Positions 19,401-30,525 are shown, numbered from the stretch's first letter. The stretch is 64,000 nucleotides of DNA from an uncultured Clostridia bacterium (GCA_964541255.1 CAZIPL010000002.1:589-64588), one strand, 5' to 3'. Notes: generated by a model from the letters alone, not told the origin. Made by a program: numbers and translations.

Positions 19401-21734
19401 ATGGTTATTGATTTTAATAGAGGTTGGACGTTTTGTAAAAAAGACTCTGCAAACGAGCCTAAAGTAGTTAATCTTCCGCACGATGCGATGATAATCGAAG
19501 AGCGCGGTGATTGCGTAAACAGCAGAAACACGGGTTATTTCCCTGGCGGAAACTATACCTACGAAAAAACTTTCGAAGTAACTGAGGATATGCTCGGCAA
19601 ATACGTCGCACTCTTTTTCGAGGGCGTATACCGTTTGGCTACGGTATACCTAAACGGCGAAAAGGTTGCGTTCCACGCATACGGATATACGGAATTCACG
19701 GTTGATATTTCGGATAAAATGGTTTTAGGCGAAAACACCGTTTTGGTTGACGTGTGGAACAACTTGGAACCGAGTTCCCGTTGGTATTGCGGTTCGGGTA
19801 TTTACCGTCCCGTTTCGCTCATCGTCAAAGATAAACATCATTTGACGGACGTTGTAATTAAAACCAAGCAGATTAACCCCGCTATAATCAACGTTAGCGC
19901 TTCGGAAGAAGCCGACATAGAGATTTATGACGGCGAAACGCTTGTCGCAAGCGGTAAAACGGGGGATATCGAAATTCCGAACGCAAAGCTATGGGACGAT
20001 ATTGAACCAAATCTTTATAGAGCGGTAATAAAGATACCCACCGACACGGTCGAAGAAACATTCGGAATAAGAACCGTTACATATTCTGCAAAAACGGGCG
20101 TTCTTATCAACGGAAGAGAAGTTAAGTTCCGTGGCGCGTGCATACACCACGACAACGGCGTTTTGGGTGCGTGCGACTTCGTCGACGCTTCCGACAGACG
20201 TATAAGAATTTTGAAAGAGGGCGGATATAACGCAATAAGGTCTGCGCACAATCCTTGCTCGAGAGAGATTCTCAGAGCGTGCGATAAATACGGCGTATAC
20301 GTTATGGACGAGTCGTTCGATATGTGGTATACCCCCAAGACGCATCACGACTATTCGAGAGATTTCTGGGATAACTATAAGAGCGACATTACGGCTATGG
20401 TCAAGAAAGACATCAACCATCCGTCGGTCGTTATGTATTCTATCGGAAACGAGAACTCCGAGTTCCATGATCAAAAGGGTATGGATCTTGCAAAAGAGCA
20501 GGCCGATTTGATAAGAAGCATCGATTCGACGAGAATCGTTACGATAGGTGCAAACCTTATGCTTGCGCTCAGCAATAGAATATATAAAGATACGGCTGGC
20601 GAATATAAGAGAGAGCCTATCACGGAGGTTGACGGCATAACGAAGAAGATCGAGCAAAGCACGGGTTCGGCGGGCTTTAATATGATGATGAGTATGCTCC
20701 CCAAGCTTATGAACAATGCAAGCAAGAACAAGGGATGCGGAGAGCTTGTCGATAAGCTTAACGAGTTCATCGACATAGTCGGTCTTAACTACGGCGACGT
20801 AAGATATGAAATGGACTTCGCAAAAGATCCTAACCGTATGTATGTCGGAAGCGAAACCTTTGTAACTTCTATATATAACAACTGGAACTTGGTGGAGAAA
20901 TATCATCAGCTTATCGGCGATTTCGTTTGGACGGGCTGGGATTATATAGGCGAAGCAGGCTCTTGCGGAGCATGGGATTACTTCGAGTGGGGTAAATATC
21001 CCCTTCTCGACGGTGCAGGCGCGATCGATATTTGCGGTAACAGAACGGTAGCTAACTACTACATGCAGATTTGCAACGGGACGTATACGAATGCTTATAT
21101 CGGAGTTGCTCCCGTAAATTACGTCGGAAAGAAGTATCAGCTCGGCGCGTGGAGGTTTAATAACTACATTCATTCTTGGTCGTGGCAGGGCTTTGAGGGC
21201 GTTAAGACGACGGTCGAAGTATACGGCAAGGGCGTTAAGGCAGAGCTTTTCCTCGACGGGAAGTCGCTCGGCAAGAAAAAGATGCAGAAAAACATCGCTA
21301 AGTTTGCCGTTAAGTATACCGCAGGAACTTTGACCGCAAAAGTATATGATGCTAAGGGCAACGTCTGGGGCGAGGATAAACTCGTAACGTCGGGTGCTGA
21401 AACGGTTTTGAACGTTTCCGTAGACAAGAAAGTTCTTTCTCCTAACGGACAGGATCTTTCGTATGTATTTATCGAAATGCAGGACAAGAACGGAACGTAT
21501 AAGCCCGTTGACGACAAGTCCGTATCGGTTACTATCGACGGCGACGCGGTTACTCTCCAAGGCTTTGGTTCTGCAAGAACGAGAACGGACGAAGTATTCG
21601 ATAAGGACACTCACTTGACTCATTTCGGACAGGCACTTGCGGTTTTGAGGGCAGGATATAGTGCGGGCGTTTCGAAAATAACGGTTTCGGCTGAGGGCTT
21701 GGAACCCGTTACGTTCGAAGTAGAGGTTAAGTAA
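19401..21734 (+). CDS. glycoside hydrolase family 2 (beta-galactosidase/beta-glucuronidase-like)
   Basis: GH2 sugar-binding, Ig-like and TIM-barrel order (NAIRSAHNPCS, YSIGNEN). The ATG at 19401 follows GGAGG at 19391-19395; the ORF track begins at an upstream TTG. Confidence 0.85.
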   Translation: MVIDFNRGWTFCKKDSANEPKVVNLPHDAMIIEERGDCVNSRNTGYFPGGNYTYEKTFEVTEDMLGKYVALFFEGVYRLATVYLNGEKVAFHAYGYTEFTVDISDKMVLGENTVLVDVWNNLEPSSRWYCGSGIYRPVSLIVKDKHHLTDVVIKTKQINPAIINVSASEEADIEIYDGETLVASGKTGDIEIPNAKLWDDIEPNLYRAVIKIPTDTVEETFGIRTVTYSAKTGVLINGREVKFRGACIHHDNGVLGACDFVDASDRRIRILKEGGYNAIRSAHNPCSREILRACDKYGVYVMDESFDMWYTPKTHHDYSRDFWDNYKSDITAMVKKDINHPSVVMYSIGNENSEFHDQKGMDLAKEQADLIRSIDSTRIVTIGANLMLALSNRIYKDTAGEYKREPITEVDGITKKIEQSTGSAGFNMMMSMLPKLMNNASKNKGCGELVDKLNEFIDIVGLNYGDVRYEMDFAKDPNRMYVGSETFVTSIYNNWNLVEKYHQLIGDFVWTGWDYIGEAGSCGAWDYFEWGKYPLLDGAGAIDICGNRTVANYYMQICNGTYTNAYIGVAPVNYVGKKYQLGAWRFNNYIHSWSWQGFEGVKTTVEVYGKGVKAELFLDGKSLGKKKMQKNIAKFAVKYTAGTLTAKVYDAKGNVWGEDKLVTSGAETVLNVSVDKKVLSPNGQDLSYVFIEMQDKNGTYKPVDDKSVSVTIDGDAVTLQGFGSARTRTDEVFDKDTHLTHFGQALAVLRAGYSAGVSKITVSAEGLEPVTFEVEVK

Positions 21735-22026
21735 TCATATCAAAAAACGGAAATATATGATGTAAACCCAAAAGATTAGATATACTTTTGGAAGTAAATA
21801 TCAATATTTAGTCGCAATAAGATTTTATTTATAATCTGTTGCTTGGCGCTTAAGTTAAGCTTTGAAAACAAGATGGCAAAGTTTTGAAGGCTTAAGTGAA
21901 AAGATATACGGTTTTTGTATATCGAAAACAAAGGAATAATATAAATTACTACGGGCATGGCATAAGGACTTTATTAGGGGTTAATTCCATGCTCGTTATA
22001 ATTTATAAAAGTATAAGGAGAAAAGT

Positions 22027-23409
22027 ATGAAAAATCTGCAAAAACAGTACGCTAAAGAGCAAAAAGAGCTATTAAGGCGTAGAAAAATGGCTGCTCGCCA
22101 CGAGAGTAAATATGCAATGGTCATTGCGTTTATCCTCGTTGTATGCATTCACGTAGTTGACGAATTGGCGACGAACCTCCCGGGATACTTGCAGACCTCG
22201 TTGGTAAACGAGTTCTTTGTTATCGGAGAGGGCCTTACTTACACCGAAGGCTTGGCTAAGATGTCGGCAAGGGGCATGATTGTTACGGTTCTCGTATTCT
22301 TCGCACCGTTCTATAAAACCCTTGCAGACCGCTTCGGCAGAAAGCCATTCCTTGTAATCAACACCGCTTGCTTTGGCTTGGGAATGTTGGTTTGCTTCTT
22401 GGCTAAAAACTATTGGGTATATCTTTTAGGTTCTGCGATTATGAGCTTCTTCGTAGCACACGATATGCAGGTTACCTACATTTTGGAAGTTGCTCCCGCA
22501 GACAAGCGTACGACGTTCTACGGCGTAACGAAGTGTCTCGGTACTATCGGTCTCGTTCTCGTTCCGTTGTTCAGAGATATCTTCATGGGTAACGACGGTA
22601 CGCAGTGGAGAATGGTATTCTTCGTTCCTATCTTTATCGCTTTCGCGGTTGCGATTATGGCGTTCTTTATGGGACACGAGACAAAGGTATTCTTGAATCA
22701 AAGAATCGAATATCTCGAAAAGCCTATCGAGCAGAGAGAAAGAGAAAAAGCAGAAGCGAAAGCTGAAGCTGCGAAAAAGCCCGGAATTTTCCAGGCTATC
22801 AAATATATTTTCAAAGAGACGAAAGACCTTAGATGGTTGGTTGTAGCAATGCTTGTTTATTATGCAGGTATGATGGGATTCTCTTCTTATTATGAATCTA
22901 TCATGTCTACGAGCGGCATGGAGACTGCTGAAGTTACGCAAGCGCTTTACGTATATCCTTTCGTATTCGCCGCAATAGTTCTCCTTTGCGGATTCTTGGG
23001 CGACAAGATGGGAAGAAAGACTACTATCGTTGTCATGGGCGGTGTTTCTATCGTCGGATTCATTCTCTTCTGCGTTGGTTGTGCGAACGGATGGCATCCT
23101 TACATCGTCGGATTCCTTTACGGTATTTACCTCGGTTGCTACTGGCAGGCGGGCGATTACATGCAAGTAATGGTTTCTGAAAAGGCACCTACGGAAATAA
23201 GAGCTTCCGTAACGGGCGCAATCGGACTTTTGCAGTTCTTCTGCGTATTCGTCGGAATGGGAATTATCCTCGTTCTTCTTAACAACAACGTTCCTTTGAA
23301 TCTTACGTGTCTTCTCGTTGCAACGCCGTTCATCATCGCGGGGGTTCTTCTCGTTGCGTTCAAGGTAAAAGAAACCAAGGGCGTAGACCTTTCCGAAGCG
23401 GGAGAATAA
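22027..23409 (+). CDS. MFS transporter, copy 1
   Basis: The 460-aa ORF is a 12-TM-type protein with an LADRFGRKP MFS loop signature and a central charged EQREREKAEAKAEAAKKP linker. Confidence 0.85.
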   Translation: MKNLQKQYAKEQKELLRRRKMAARHESKYAMVIAFILVVCIHVVDELATNLPGYLQTSLVNEFFVIGEGLTYTEGLAKMSARGMIVTVLVFFAPFYKTLADRFGRKPFLVINTACFGLGMLVCFLAKNYWVYLLGSAIMSFFVAHDMQVTYILEVAPADKRTTFYGVTKCLGTIGLVLVPLFRDIFMGNDGTQWRMVFFVPIFIAFAVAIMAFFMGHETKVFLNQRIEYLEKPIEQREREKAEAKAEAAKKPGIFQAIKYIFKETKDLRWLVVAMLVYYAGMMGFSSYYESIMSTSGMETAEVTQALYVYPFVFAAIVLLCGFLGDKMGRKTTIVVMGGVSIVGFILFCVGCANGWHPYIVGFLYGIYLGCYWQAGDYMQVMVSEKAPTEIRASVTGAIGLLQFFCVFVGMGIILVLLNNNVPLNLTCLLVATPFIIAGVLLVAFKVKETKGVDLSEAGE

Positions 23410-23469
23410 AAACATTGCGGTTTAAAGCAATTTAATTAAAATTCTTAATATATTTTGAGTTAATCACTC

Positions 23470-23498
23470 TTGAAATGATAAGAATTAAGTAGTATAAT
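23470..23498 (+). promoter_or_regulatory. sigma-A type promoter upstream of MFS copy 2
   Basis: TTGAAA, a 17-nt spacer, then TATAAT. Confidence 0.55.
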
Positions 23499-23499
23499 T

Positions 23500-23540
23500 A
23501 GGTATATCCAAGCTATTTTGCAAGGATATACCTATTTTTT
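23500..23540 (+). terminator. terminator-like hairpin between the two MFS genes
   Basis: 10-bp stem aggtatatcc/ggatatacct followed by ATTTTTT. It sits immediately after the predicted -10 box and 24 nt before the MFS-2 ATG. Confidence 0.6.
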
Positions 23541-23564
23541 ATAAAACAAGGTAAGGGAAAAATT

Positions 23565-24950
23565 ATGAAAAATCCTCAAAAGCAATACTTGAAAGAGCAA
23601 AAAGAGCTTGCAAGGCGCAGAAAAATGGCTTCGCGCCACGAAAGTAAGTATGCGCTTGCTATAGCGTTCGTCTTGGTAGTTCTTATCCATATCGTAGATG
23701 AGCTTGCAACAAACCTCCCGGGGTATCTTCAAACCTCGATAGTAACGGAGTTTTTCGTTATGGGGAAGGGACTCGATTATAACGAAGGCTTGTCGCAGAT
23801 GTCGGGATATAGTATGATAATCTCCGTGCTTGTCGCCTTTGCGCCGTTCTATAAAGCACTTGCCGACAAATTCGGAAGAAAGCCGTTCTTGGTTATGAAT
23901 ACGGCGTTTTTCGGACTCGGAATGCTTATTTGCTTCCTTGCGCCGCAATATAATTATCCTATGTATTTGGTCGGTGCGGCTATCATGAGCTTCTTCACCG
24001 CGCACGATATGCAAGTTACGTATATTCTCGAGGTTGCTCCTGCCGAAAAGCGCACTACTTTTTACGGCATAACAAAATGTATCGGAACACTCGGACTTGT
24101 TTTGGTTCCGCTTTTCAGAGATGTGTTTATGGGTGACGACGGCACAAAGTGGAGATGGGTGTTCTTTGTTCCTATCTTTATTGCATTCGCGGTTGCACTG
24201 CTCGCGCTTTTATTCGGTCACGAAACGAGAGTATTTGTCGATAGGAGAATCGAATATCTCGAAAAACCTGTCGAGCAAAGAGAAAGGGAAAGAGCTGAAG
24301 CAAAGGCGGAGGCTGCGAGAAAGCCGGGCGTTTTCCAAGCGATTAAATATATCTTCAAGGATACCAAGGATCTTCGAATTCTTGTTATAGGACTTCTTGT
24401 TTATATTACGGGCATGATGGGATTTTCGAACTATTACGAGTCCATTATGTCAACGAGCGGAATGGGAACGGCTGAAGTTACTCAAGCGCTTTACGTATAT
24501 CCCTTCGTATTTGCCGCGATAATTCTTCTTTGCGGACTTTTGGGGGATAGCGTCGGAAGAAAGACGACGGTAGGAATAATGGGCGGACTTTCGATAATCG
24601 GGTTCATACTTTTCTGTATAGGCTGCGGTCGCGGTTGGGATCCGTACTTTATCGGTTTCCTTTACGGTATTTATTTGGGTTGCTATTGGGAAGCGGGCGA
24701 TTATATGCAGTTGATGGTTTCGGAAAAAGCTCCTACGGAAATAAGAGCCTCCGTCATGGGCGCCGTAACGCTTATGCAGTTCTTCTGCGTGTTCATCGGT
24801 ATGTTTGCGATTATGTTCCTTATGACAAAGCTTTCTCTTGCACTCACTTGCCTTATCGTTGCAACGCCGTTCATTATCGCGGGCGTGTTGATTGTTCTTT
24901 TCAACGTTAAGGAAACAAAAGGCGCGGATCTTTCTACTGCGGGGGAATAA
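23565..24950 (+). CDS. MFS transporter, copy 2 (paralog of 22027..23409)
   Basis: The 461-aa ORF is collinear with copy 1, including the EQRERERAEAKAEAARKP linker. Confidence 0.85.
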   Translation: MKNPQKQYLKEQKELARRRKMASRHESKYALAIAFVLVVLIHIVDELATNLPGYLQTSIVTEFFVMGKGLDYNEGLSQMSGYSMIISVLVAFAPFYKALADKFGRKPFLVMNTAFFGLGMLICFLAPQYNYPMYLVGAAIMSFFTAHDMQVTYILEVAPAEKRTTFYGITKCIGTLGLVLVPLFRDVFMGDDGTKWRWVFFVPIFIAFAVALLALLFGHETRVFVDRRIEYLEKPVEQRERERAEAKAEAARKPGVFQAIKYIFKDTKDLRILVIGLLVYITGMMGFSNYYESIMSTSGMGTAEVTQALYVYPFVFAAIILLCGLLGDSVGRKTTVGIMGGLSIIGFILFCIGCGRGWDPYFIGFLYGIYLGCYWEAGDYMQLMVSEKAPTEIRASVMGAVTLMQFFCVFIGMFAIMFLMTKLSLALTCLIVATPFIIAGVLIVLFNVKETKGADLSTAGE

Positions 24951-25137
24951 GCGTGATTACCTATAAACCTTTGATTATTCTTTGATGGTTTGTTTGTAAA
25001 GGCTGTCTATGGATTGTGAGGAGTGTTTCGAAAAGATGTATGTTTTCTTTTGAAAGAGTAAGTTTTGAAAGTGAAATCGCAGAATAAAAACTAAATCGAA
25101 AATAATGAAAAAAGTTGCGAAAACGACTGTTAAACGG

Positions 25138-25166
25138 TTGACTTTGCGGCTTTTTTTATGTATATT
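25138..25166 (+). promoter_or_regulatory. strong sigma-A type promoter of the S10 operon
   Basis: TTGACT, a 17-nt spacer, then TATATT. It lies about 325 nt upstream of rpsJ. Confidence 0.65.
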
Positions 25167-25491
25167 GTAATGGTCTGCGGATAAAGCGGACTTAATTTGC
25201 TTGTCATAACGACTAACTCTTTATTCCAAGCGGGGTTTTGTACGACCCTTAATTTTATGGGAAACGTCGCAACACGCACGGCAAAGTTTTCAATATCTGT
25301 CGCACGGCACAACATTGTGTGTCGAGAGGGCAAAAACCGTACCTATATATAGATAAAGGTTTGCCGCGAAGAATATAAAGCTTTGAGGGCGATTGGGCGA
25401 GGAACGGATTTTAAGGAGACGCAAAGCGCCACGACCAATACGGAAACCGCATGTCGGAGGAGATAAAGGCACGAGTCGTTAAGGAGGATAT

Positions 25492-25791
25492 ATGGCAACA
25501 CAGAAAATCAGAATCAAATTGAGAGCGTACGACCACAACCTGGTTGACGATGCGGCTAACCGTATCGTAGAGGCAATGGAAAAAGCCGGCGCTAAGGTTT
25601 CAGGACCTTTGCCGCTCCCCACAGAGAAGGAGATAATCACAATCCTTCGTTCGCCTCACGTCAACAAAGACTCCCGTGAGCAATTCGAAAGAAGAACTCA
25701 CAAGCGTTTGATCGACATCTACAGCCCCAATGCAAAAGTTTTGGAAGACATTCACCTTCCTGCAGGCGTAGACATCAAGATCAAGCTTTAA
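25492..25791 (+). CDS. rpsJ: 30S ribosomal protein S10
   Basis: [12 protein letters not shown]...[13 protein letters not shown], with an AAGGAGG RBS. Confidence 0.97.
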   Translation: MATQKIRIKLRAYDHNLVDDAANRIVEAMEKAGAKVSGPLPLPTEKEIITILRSPHVNKDSREQFERRTHKRLIDIYSPNAKVLEDIHLPAGVDIKIKL

Positions 25792-25812
25792 TTTCCGAGG
25801 AGGTAGACAGAT

Positions 25813-26445
25813 ATGAAGAAAGCTATAATCGGAAAGAAAGTCGGAATGACGCAGGTTTTCCTCGAGAACGGCGACTGCTTGCCGGTAACTGTTATTTTGG
25901 CAGGACCGTGCCCCGTAGTTTCCAAGAAGACCGTTGAAAAAGACGGTTACTCCAGCGCAGTTCTCGGATTCGACACAGTAACAGAAAAGAAGCTTAACAA
26001 AGCTCAGCTCGGTCAGTTCAAGAAGGCTAATTTGCAGCCCATGAGAACGCTCAAAGAATTCAAACTCGACAACGCCGAAGCCCTTGAAATCGGCGCGGTA
26101 CTCGATGTAACGCAGTTTGCAAGCGGCGACAAGGTAGACGTTTGCGGCACGACTCGCGGACGTGGATACACAGGCGTTATCCAGAGATGGAATCAGCACA
26201 AGCTTAGAGCATCACATGGTACCGGACCTGTCCACAGAGAGGTCGGTTCTATGGGTGCGAACTCCGATCCTTCGAGAGTTTTGAAGCTTAAACACATGCC
26301 CGGTCGTTACGGTCACGAAAGAGTAACGATCCAGAACTTGCAGGTAGTAAAAGTCGACCTTGACAAGAACGTAATTTTGGTAAAAGGTGCCGTACCCGGA
26401 CCTAAGGGTTCTTTGGTAACTGTTATCAATTCCGTAAAAGGCTAA
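25813..26445 (+). CDS. rplC: 50S ribosomal protein L3
   Basis: [11 protein letters not shown]...[16 protein letters not shown]. Confidence 0.97.
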   Translation: MKKAIIGKKVGMTQVFLENGDCLPVTVILAGPCPVVSKKTVEKDGYSSAVLGFDTVTEKKLNKAQLGQFKKANLQPMRTLKEFKLDNAEALEIGAVLDVTQFASGDKVDVCGTTRGRGYTGVIQRWNQHKLRASHGTGPVHREVGSMGANSDPSRVLKLKHMPGRYGHERVTIQNLQVVKVDLDKNVILVKGAVPGPKGSLVTVINSVKG

Positions 26446-26463
26446 TTTAAGGAGTAACTAACA

Positions 26464-27090
26464 ATGCCAGACATTAAAGTATTAAATATGGAAGGAAAGG
26501 AAGTTAGCACATTAACGCTTTCCGAAGAAGTATTCGGCCAGCCCCTTAACGAAGCCCTCATTCATCAGGTTGTCGTTGCACAGGCTGCAAACAAGAGACA
26601 GGGAACGAAATCCGCACTTACGCGTTCTGAAGTTCGCGGCGGCGGAATCAAGCCTTGGAGACAGAAAGGTACGGGTAGAGCTCGTCAGGGTTCTATCAGA
26701 AGCCCGCAGTGGACGGGCGGCGGAGTTGTTTTCGCACCTAAGCCGAGAGATTTTTCTAAAGACATCAATGTCAAGATGAGAAGAAACGCTTTGAAGAGTG
26801 CGCTTTCCGCTAAGGTTGCCGATGGTGAGTTCGTAGTTCTCGACAACATCGAGCTTGCTGAGGCAAAGACGAAACTCGTTGCTGCTATGCTCAAAAACCT
26901 CAACATGGAAAAGAGCGTTCTCGTTATTCTTCCCGAAAGAGACGAAATGTTCTTGAGAGCAGGAGCAAACATTGAAAAGCTTTCCGTAACGTATGCAGAG
27001 CTTTTGAACGTAACGGAAGTAGTTAAGAACATCAACATCGTCACGACCGTTGACGGCGTTAAGAAAATCGAGGAGGTATGTTCGTTATGA
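26464..27090 (+). CDS. rplD: 50S ribosomal protein L4
   Basis: [33 protein letters not shown]. Confidence 0.97.
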   Translation: MPDIKVLNMEGKEVSTLTLSEEVFGQPLNEALIHQVVVAQAANKRQGTKSALTRSEVRGGGIKPWRQKGTGRARQGSIRSPQWTGGGVVFAPKPRDFSKDINVKMRRNALKSALSAKVADGEFVVLDNIELAEAKTKLVAAMLKNLNMEKSVLVILPERDEMFLRAGANIEKLSVTYAELLNVTEVVKNINIVTTVDGVKKIEEVCSL

Positions 27091-27377
27091 CATCAAGAGA
27101 TATCATCAAAAAGCCCTTACTTTCCGAGAAGAGCTATGACGGTATTGCAACGAAGAAATATACCTTCGAAGTAGCTAAAGACGCTACCAAGACGCAGATT
27201 AAAGCTGCTGTCGAAGAGATTTTCGGCGTAAAGGTAGAAAAGGTCAATACGGTCAATTATGAAGGAAAGCTCAAGAGAATGGGCAGAAACGAAGGCAGAC
27301 GTCCTTCTTACAAGAAAGCCATCGTTCAGCTTACTTCTGACAGCAAGACTATCGAGTTCTTCGATAGCATGAACTAA
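27087..27377 (+). CDS. rplW: 50S ribosomal protein L23
   Basis: [12 protein letters not shown]...KVNTVNY. The ATG at 27087 lies 10 nt after AGGAGG; the track start at 27078 is too close to the RBS. Confidence 0.93.
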   Translation: MTSRDIIKKPLLSEKSYDGIATKKYTFEVAKDATKTQIKAAVEEIFGVKVEKVNTVNYEGKLKRMGRNEGRRPSYKKAIVQLTSDSKTIEFFDSMN

Positions 27378-27390
27378 GGAGGGAAACACT

Positions 27391-28218
27391 ATGGGTATCA
27401 AGAGATATAAACCGACGTCTCCCGCAAGAAGATTTATGACGGTCTCCGATTTCTCCGAGATCACCGCGAAAAAGCCCGAACGTTCTTTGGTTGAATCCAT
27501 CAACAGAACAGGCGGACGTAACGCTCAAGGTAAGATCACGGTAAGACACATCGGCGGCGGCGGAAGAATCAAATACAGAATCATCGATTTCAAGAGAAAC
27601 AAAGACGGAATCCCCGCTACGGTTTCTACGATCGAATACGATCCTAACAGATCCGCAAACATCGCTCTTTTGACCTATGCAGACGGCGAGAAGAGATATA
27701 TCCTCGCTCCTTTGGGTCTCTCGGTAGGAGACAAGCTCCTTTCGGGTAAGGGCGCTGACATCAAGGTAGGAAACGCACTTCCTCTTTCCGACATTCCCGT
27801 CGGTACGTTCGTTCACAACATCGAGTTCAAAGTCGGTAAGGGCGGACAGATTGCAAGAGCGGCCGGAATTTCCGCTCAGCTTATGGCAAAAGACGAAAAG
27901 TACGCAAACCTCCGTATGCCTTCGGGTGAGATGAGATTGGTTCCTATCGGCTGCAAAGCAACGATCGGACAGGTCGGAAACATCGAGCACGAAATCATCA
28001 GAGTCGGTAAAGCCGGTAAAACGCGTCATATGAACGTTCGTCCGACCGTTAGAGGTTCTGTAATGAACCCGTGCGATCACCCGCACGGCGGCGGCGAGGG
28101 CAAGAGCCCTGTAGGACGTCCGGGACCTGTTACTCCTTGGGGTAAACCTGCTCTCGGATATAAGACGAGAAAGAAGAAGAACCGCTCCGATAAGCTTATT
28201 ATCAAGCGTGTTAACTAA
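27391..28218 (+). CDS. rplB: 50S ribosomal protein L2
   Basis: [16 protein letters not shown]...[11 protein letters not shown]. Confidence 0.97.
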   Translation: MGIKRYKPTSPARRFMTVSDFSEITAKKPERSLVESINRTGGRNAQGKITVRHIGGGGRIKYRIIDFKRNKDGIPATVSTIEYDPNRSANIALLTYADGEKRYILAPLGLSVGDKLLSGKGADIKVGNALPLSDIPVGTFVHNIEFKVGKGGQIARAAGISAQLMAKDEKYANLRMPSGEMRLVPIGCKATIGQVGNIEHEIIRVGKAGKTRHMNVRPTVRGSVMNPCDHPHGGGEGKSPVGRPGPVTPWGKPALGYKTRKKKNRSDKLIIKRVN

Positions 28219-28236
28219 TTGAGGAGGTCGTAAAAA

Positions 28237-28518
28237 ATGAGTAGAAGTGTTAAAAAAGGACCTTACGTTCAACCCCAGCTCCTCAAGAGGATAGAGGCAA
28301 TGAACGCCGCTAACGAGAAGCAGGTCATCAAGACTTGGTCGAGATCTTCGACGATCTTCCCTCAGATGGTAGGACACACCATCGCTGTTCATGACGGAAG
28401 AAAGCACGTTCCCGTTTATGTTACCGAGGATATGGTCGGCTGCAAGCTCGGTGAGTTTGCTCCTACGAGAACATTCCACGGACATACCTCTGGCGACAAG
28501 AAAGCTTCGGGTAAATAA
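28237..28518 (+). CDS. rpsS: 30S ribosomal protein S19
   Basis: [10 protein letters not shown]...[23 protein letters not shown]. Confidence 0.97.
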   Translation: MSRSVKKGPYVQPQLLKRIEAMNAANEKQVIKTWSRSSTIFPQMVGHTIAVHDGRKHVPVYVTEDMVGCKLGEFAPTRTFHGHTSGDKKASGK

Positions 28519-28529
28519 GGAGAACAATT

Positions 28530-28922
28530 ATGGCTAAAAGACAAAGAGAAAAAGCTGCTGCAATAAGAGAAAATTGCGATAAGCGTCCTTACGCGGTAGC
28601 AAGACATATCAGAATATCTCCGACAAAGGTTAGAGCGGTGCTCGACCTTATCAGAGGCAAGAGTTACAGAGAGGCTTTGGGAATCCTTAACAACTTGCAG
28701 AAGGCTTCCGCAGAACCTGTCAAGAAAGTTCTCAATTCCGCTGCTGCAAACGCAGAGCACAACCTCGGAATGAACAAAGACAGCCTTTACGTAGCAGAGT
28801 GCTATGCAGACGGCGGCCCCGTTCTTAAGAGAGTTATGCCTAGAGCTCAGGGTAGAGCGTTCAGAATTCTTAAACGCACCAGCCACATCACGGTAATCCT
28901 TGATGCGGTTAAAGAAAACTAA
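28530..28922 (+). CDS. rplV: 50S ribosomal protein L22 (N-terminal extension of about 17 aa)
   Basis: [21 protein letters not shown]...[10 protein letters not shown]. Confidence 0.95.
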   Translation: MAKRQREKAAAIRENCDKRPYAVARHIRISPTKVRAVLDLIRGKSYREALGILNNLQKASAEPVKKVLNSAAANAEHNLGMNKDSLYVAECYADGGPVLKRVMPRAQGRAFRILKRTSHITVILDAVKEN

Positions 28923-28937
28923 GGAGGTTGGCGATTT

Positions 28938-29600
28938 ATGGGTCAGAAAGTTAATCCTCACGGATTGAGAGTAGGCGTCATAAAGGGCTGGGATTCCCAG
29001 TGGTACGCTGACAAGAAAGAATTCGGCGTTTTCCTCAAAGAGGACTACGACGTAAGAGAATACATCAATAAGAACTATGCAGACTGCAAGATCAGCAAAA
29101 TCGCTATCGAGCGTGCTGCAAACAAACTTATCGTTGCAATAAGCGCCGGCAGCCCCGGAATGCTTATCGGTAAGGGCGGCGACGGCATTGTTAAAATTAA
29201 AGCCGGCGTTGAAAAGGTTCTTAAGAATAAGTACAACGTTTCCATCAACGTTCTCGAAGTTGCAAAGGTAGATGCAGACGCTCAGCTTATCGCTGAAAAC
29301 GTTGCTAAGCAGCTCGAAGACAGAGTCGGATTCCGTCGCGCTATGAAGCAGAGCATCGGCAGAGCAATGAGACTCGGCTGCAAGGGTGTTAAGCTCATGG
29401 TAAGCGGAAGATTGGACGGTGCGGAAATCGCGCGTTGCGAGCAGTATCACGAGGGTTCTATTCCTCTTCAGACTCTCCGTGCGGACATAGACTACGGCTT
29501 TGCCGAGGCACACACGACTTTCGGTGTTATCGGAGTTAAGTGCTGGGTCTATAAGGGCGAGGTTATCGCCAAAGCTGAAAAGAAAGGAGGCGAAGCGTAA
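28938..29600 (+). CDS. rpsC: 30S ribosomal protein S3
   Basis: [13 protein letters not shown]...KH domain...[10 protein letters not shown]. Confidence 0.97.
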   Translation: MGQKVNPHGLRVGVIKGWDSQWYADKKEFGVFLKEDYDVREYINKNYADCKISKIAIERAANKLIVAISAGSPGMLIGKGGDGIVKIKAGVEKVLKNKYNVSINVLEVAKVDADAQLIAENVAKQLEDRVGFRRAMKQSIGRAMRLGCKGVKLMVSGRLDGAEIARCEQYHEGSIPLQTLRADIDYGFAEAHTTFGVIGVKCWVYKGEVIAKAEKKGGEA

Positions 29601-29603
29601 ACT

Positions 29604-30059
29604 ATGTTAATGCCTAAGAGAGTAAAAAGACGTCGTGTTCATAGAGGAACAATGGCGCACAAATGCACCAAAGGCAACAAGATTGCTTACGGTGAGTACG
29701 GTTTGGTATCGTTGGAGCCCTGCTGGATCACATCTAACCAGATTGAGGCTGCCAGAATTGCTATAACCCGTTATTTGAAGCGTGGCGGACAGGTTTGGAT
29801 CGATATATTCCCTCATAAGCCTGTTACGAAAAAACCTGCCGAGACACGTATGGGTTCCGGTAAAGGTTCTCCCGAGTATTGGGTAGCTGTAGTTAAACCG
29901 GGCAGAGTACTTTTCGAGGTTGGCGGAGTTCCCGAAGCCGAAGCAAGAGAGGCACTTAGACTTGGTATGCACAAGCTTCCCGTTAAGTGCAAATTCATCA
30001 AGAAAGAAGATGCCGTTGAAGTAAATACGACAGAGGGTGGTGAAGGCAATGAAGGCTAA
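29604..30059 (+). CDS. rplP: 50S ribosomal protein L16 (acidic C-terminal tail)
   Basis: [15 protein letters not shown]...[14 protein letters not shown]. Confidence 0.96.
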   Translation: MLMPKRVKRRRVHRGTMAHKCTKGNKIAYGEYGLVSLEPCWITSNQIEAARIAITRYLKRGGQVWIDIFPHKPVTKKPAETRMGSGKGSPEYWVAVVKPGRVLFEVGGVPEAEAREALRLGMHKLPVKCKFIKKEDAVEVNTTEGGEGNEG

Positions 30060-30258
30060 GAAGTTAAACGAAATGACGACGGAAGAATTGAACAACAAGT
30101 TGAAAGATCTCAAAGAAGAGCTTTTCAACCTTCGTTTCCGTCACGCTACAAACCAGTTGACTAACCCCATGGCTCTTGCAGAATGCAAGAAAGATATCGC
30201 AAGAGTAAAGACGATCCTTCGTCAGCGCGAGATCGCATCAGAAGGAATAGGAGGCTAA
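30049..30258 (+). CDS. rpmC: 50S ribosomal protein L29
   Basis: [30 protein letters not shown]. The ATG at 30049 lies 8 nt after GAGGGTGG and overlaps the end of rplP. Confidence 0.93.
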   Translation: MKAKKLNEMTTEELNNKLKDLKEELFNLRFRHATNQLTNPMALAECKKDIARVKTILRQREIASEGIGG

Positions 30259-30259
30259 C

Positions 30260-30514
30260 ATGGAGAGAAATTTAAGAAAATCCAGAGTCGGAATCGTAGT
30301 ATCCGACAAGATGGATAAGACGGTTGTCGTTGCCGTACAGGAAAGATATAAACATCCTCTTTACAAGAAAACGGTAACTCAGACCAAGAAGTTCAAAGCT
30401 CACGACGAAAACAATGAATGCGGCGTAGGCGATACCGTTGAGATTTACGAGACGAGAAAGCTTTCCGCAGACAAGAACTGGAGAGTTTCCAGAATAGTCG
30501 AGAAGGCTAAATAA
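30260..30514 (+). CDS. rpsQ: 30S ribosomal protein S17
   Basis: [14 protein letters not shown]...YKHPLYKK...HDENNEC. Confidence 0.97.
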   Translation: MERNLRKSRVGIVVSDKMDKTVVVAVQERYKHPLYKKTVTQTKKFKAHDENNECGVGDTVEIYETRKLSADKNWRVSRIVEKAK

Positions 30515-30525
30515 GGAGACAGAGT

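Noticed and set aside
19989-21623. 544-aa minus-strand ORF
   Set aside because: It is antisense to the GH2 gene, with no domain signature or RBS.
25130-25472. Two minus-strand ORFs (67 and 60 aa) in the rpsJ upstream region
   Set aside because: They have no RBS, overlap the predicted S10 promoter and leader, and have an arbitrary composition.
27349-29513. Long minus-strand ORFs (392 aa and 365 aa) across rplB-rpsC
   Set aside because: They lie antisense to highly conserved ribosomal protein genes, have a low-complexity Ser/Arg/Leu-rich composition, lack RBSs and resemble no known protein.
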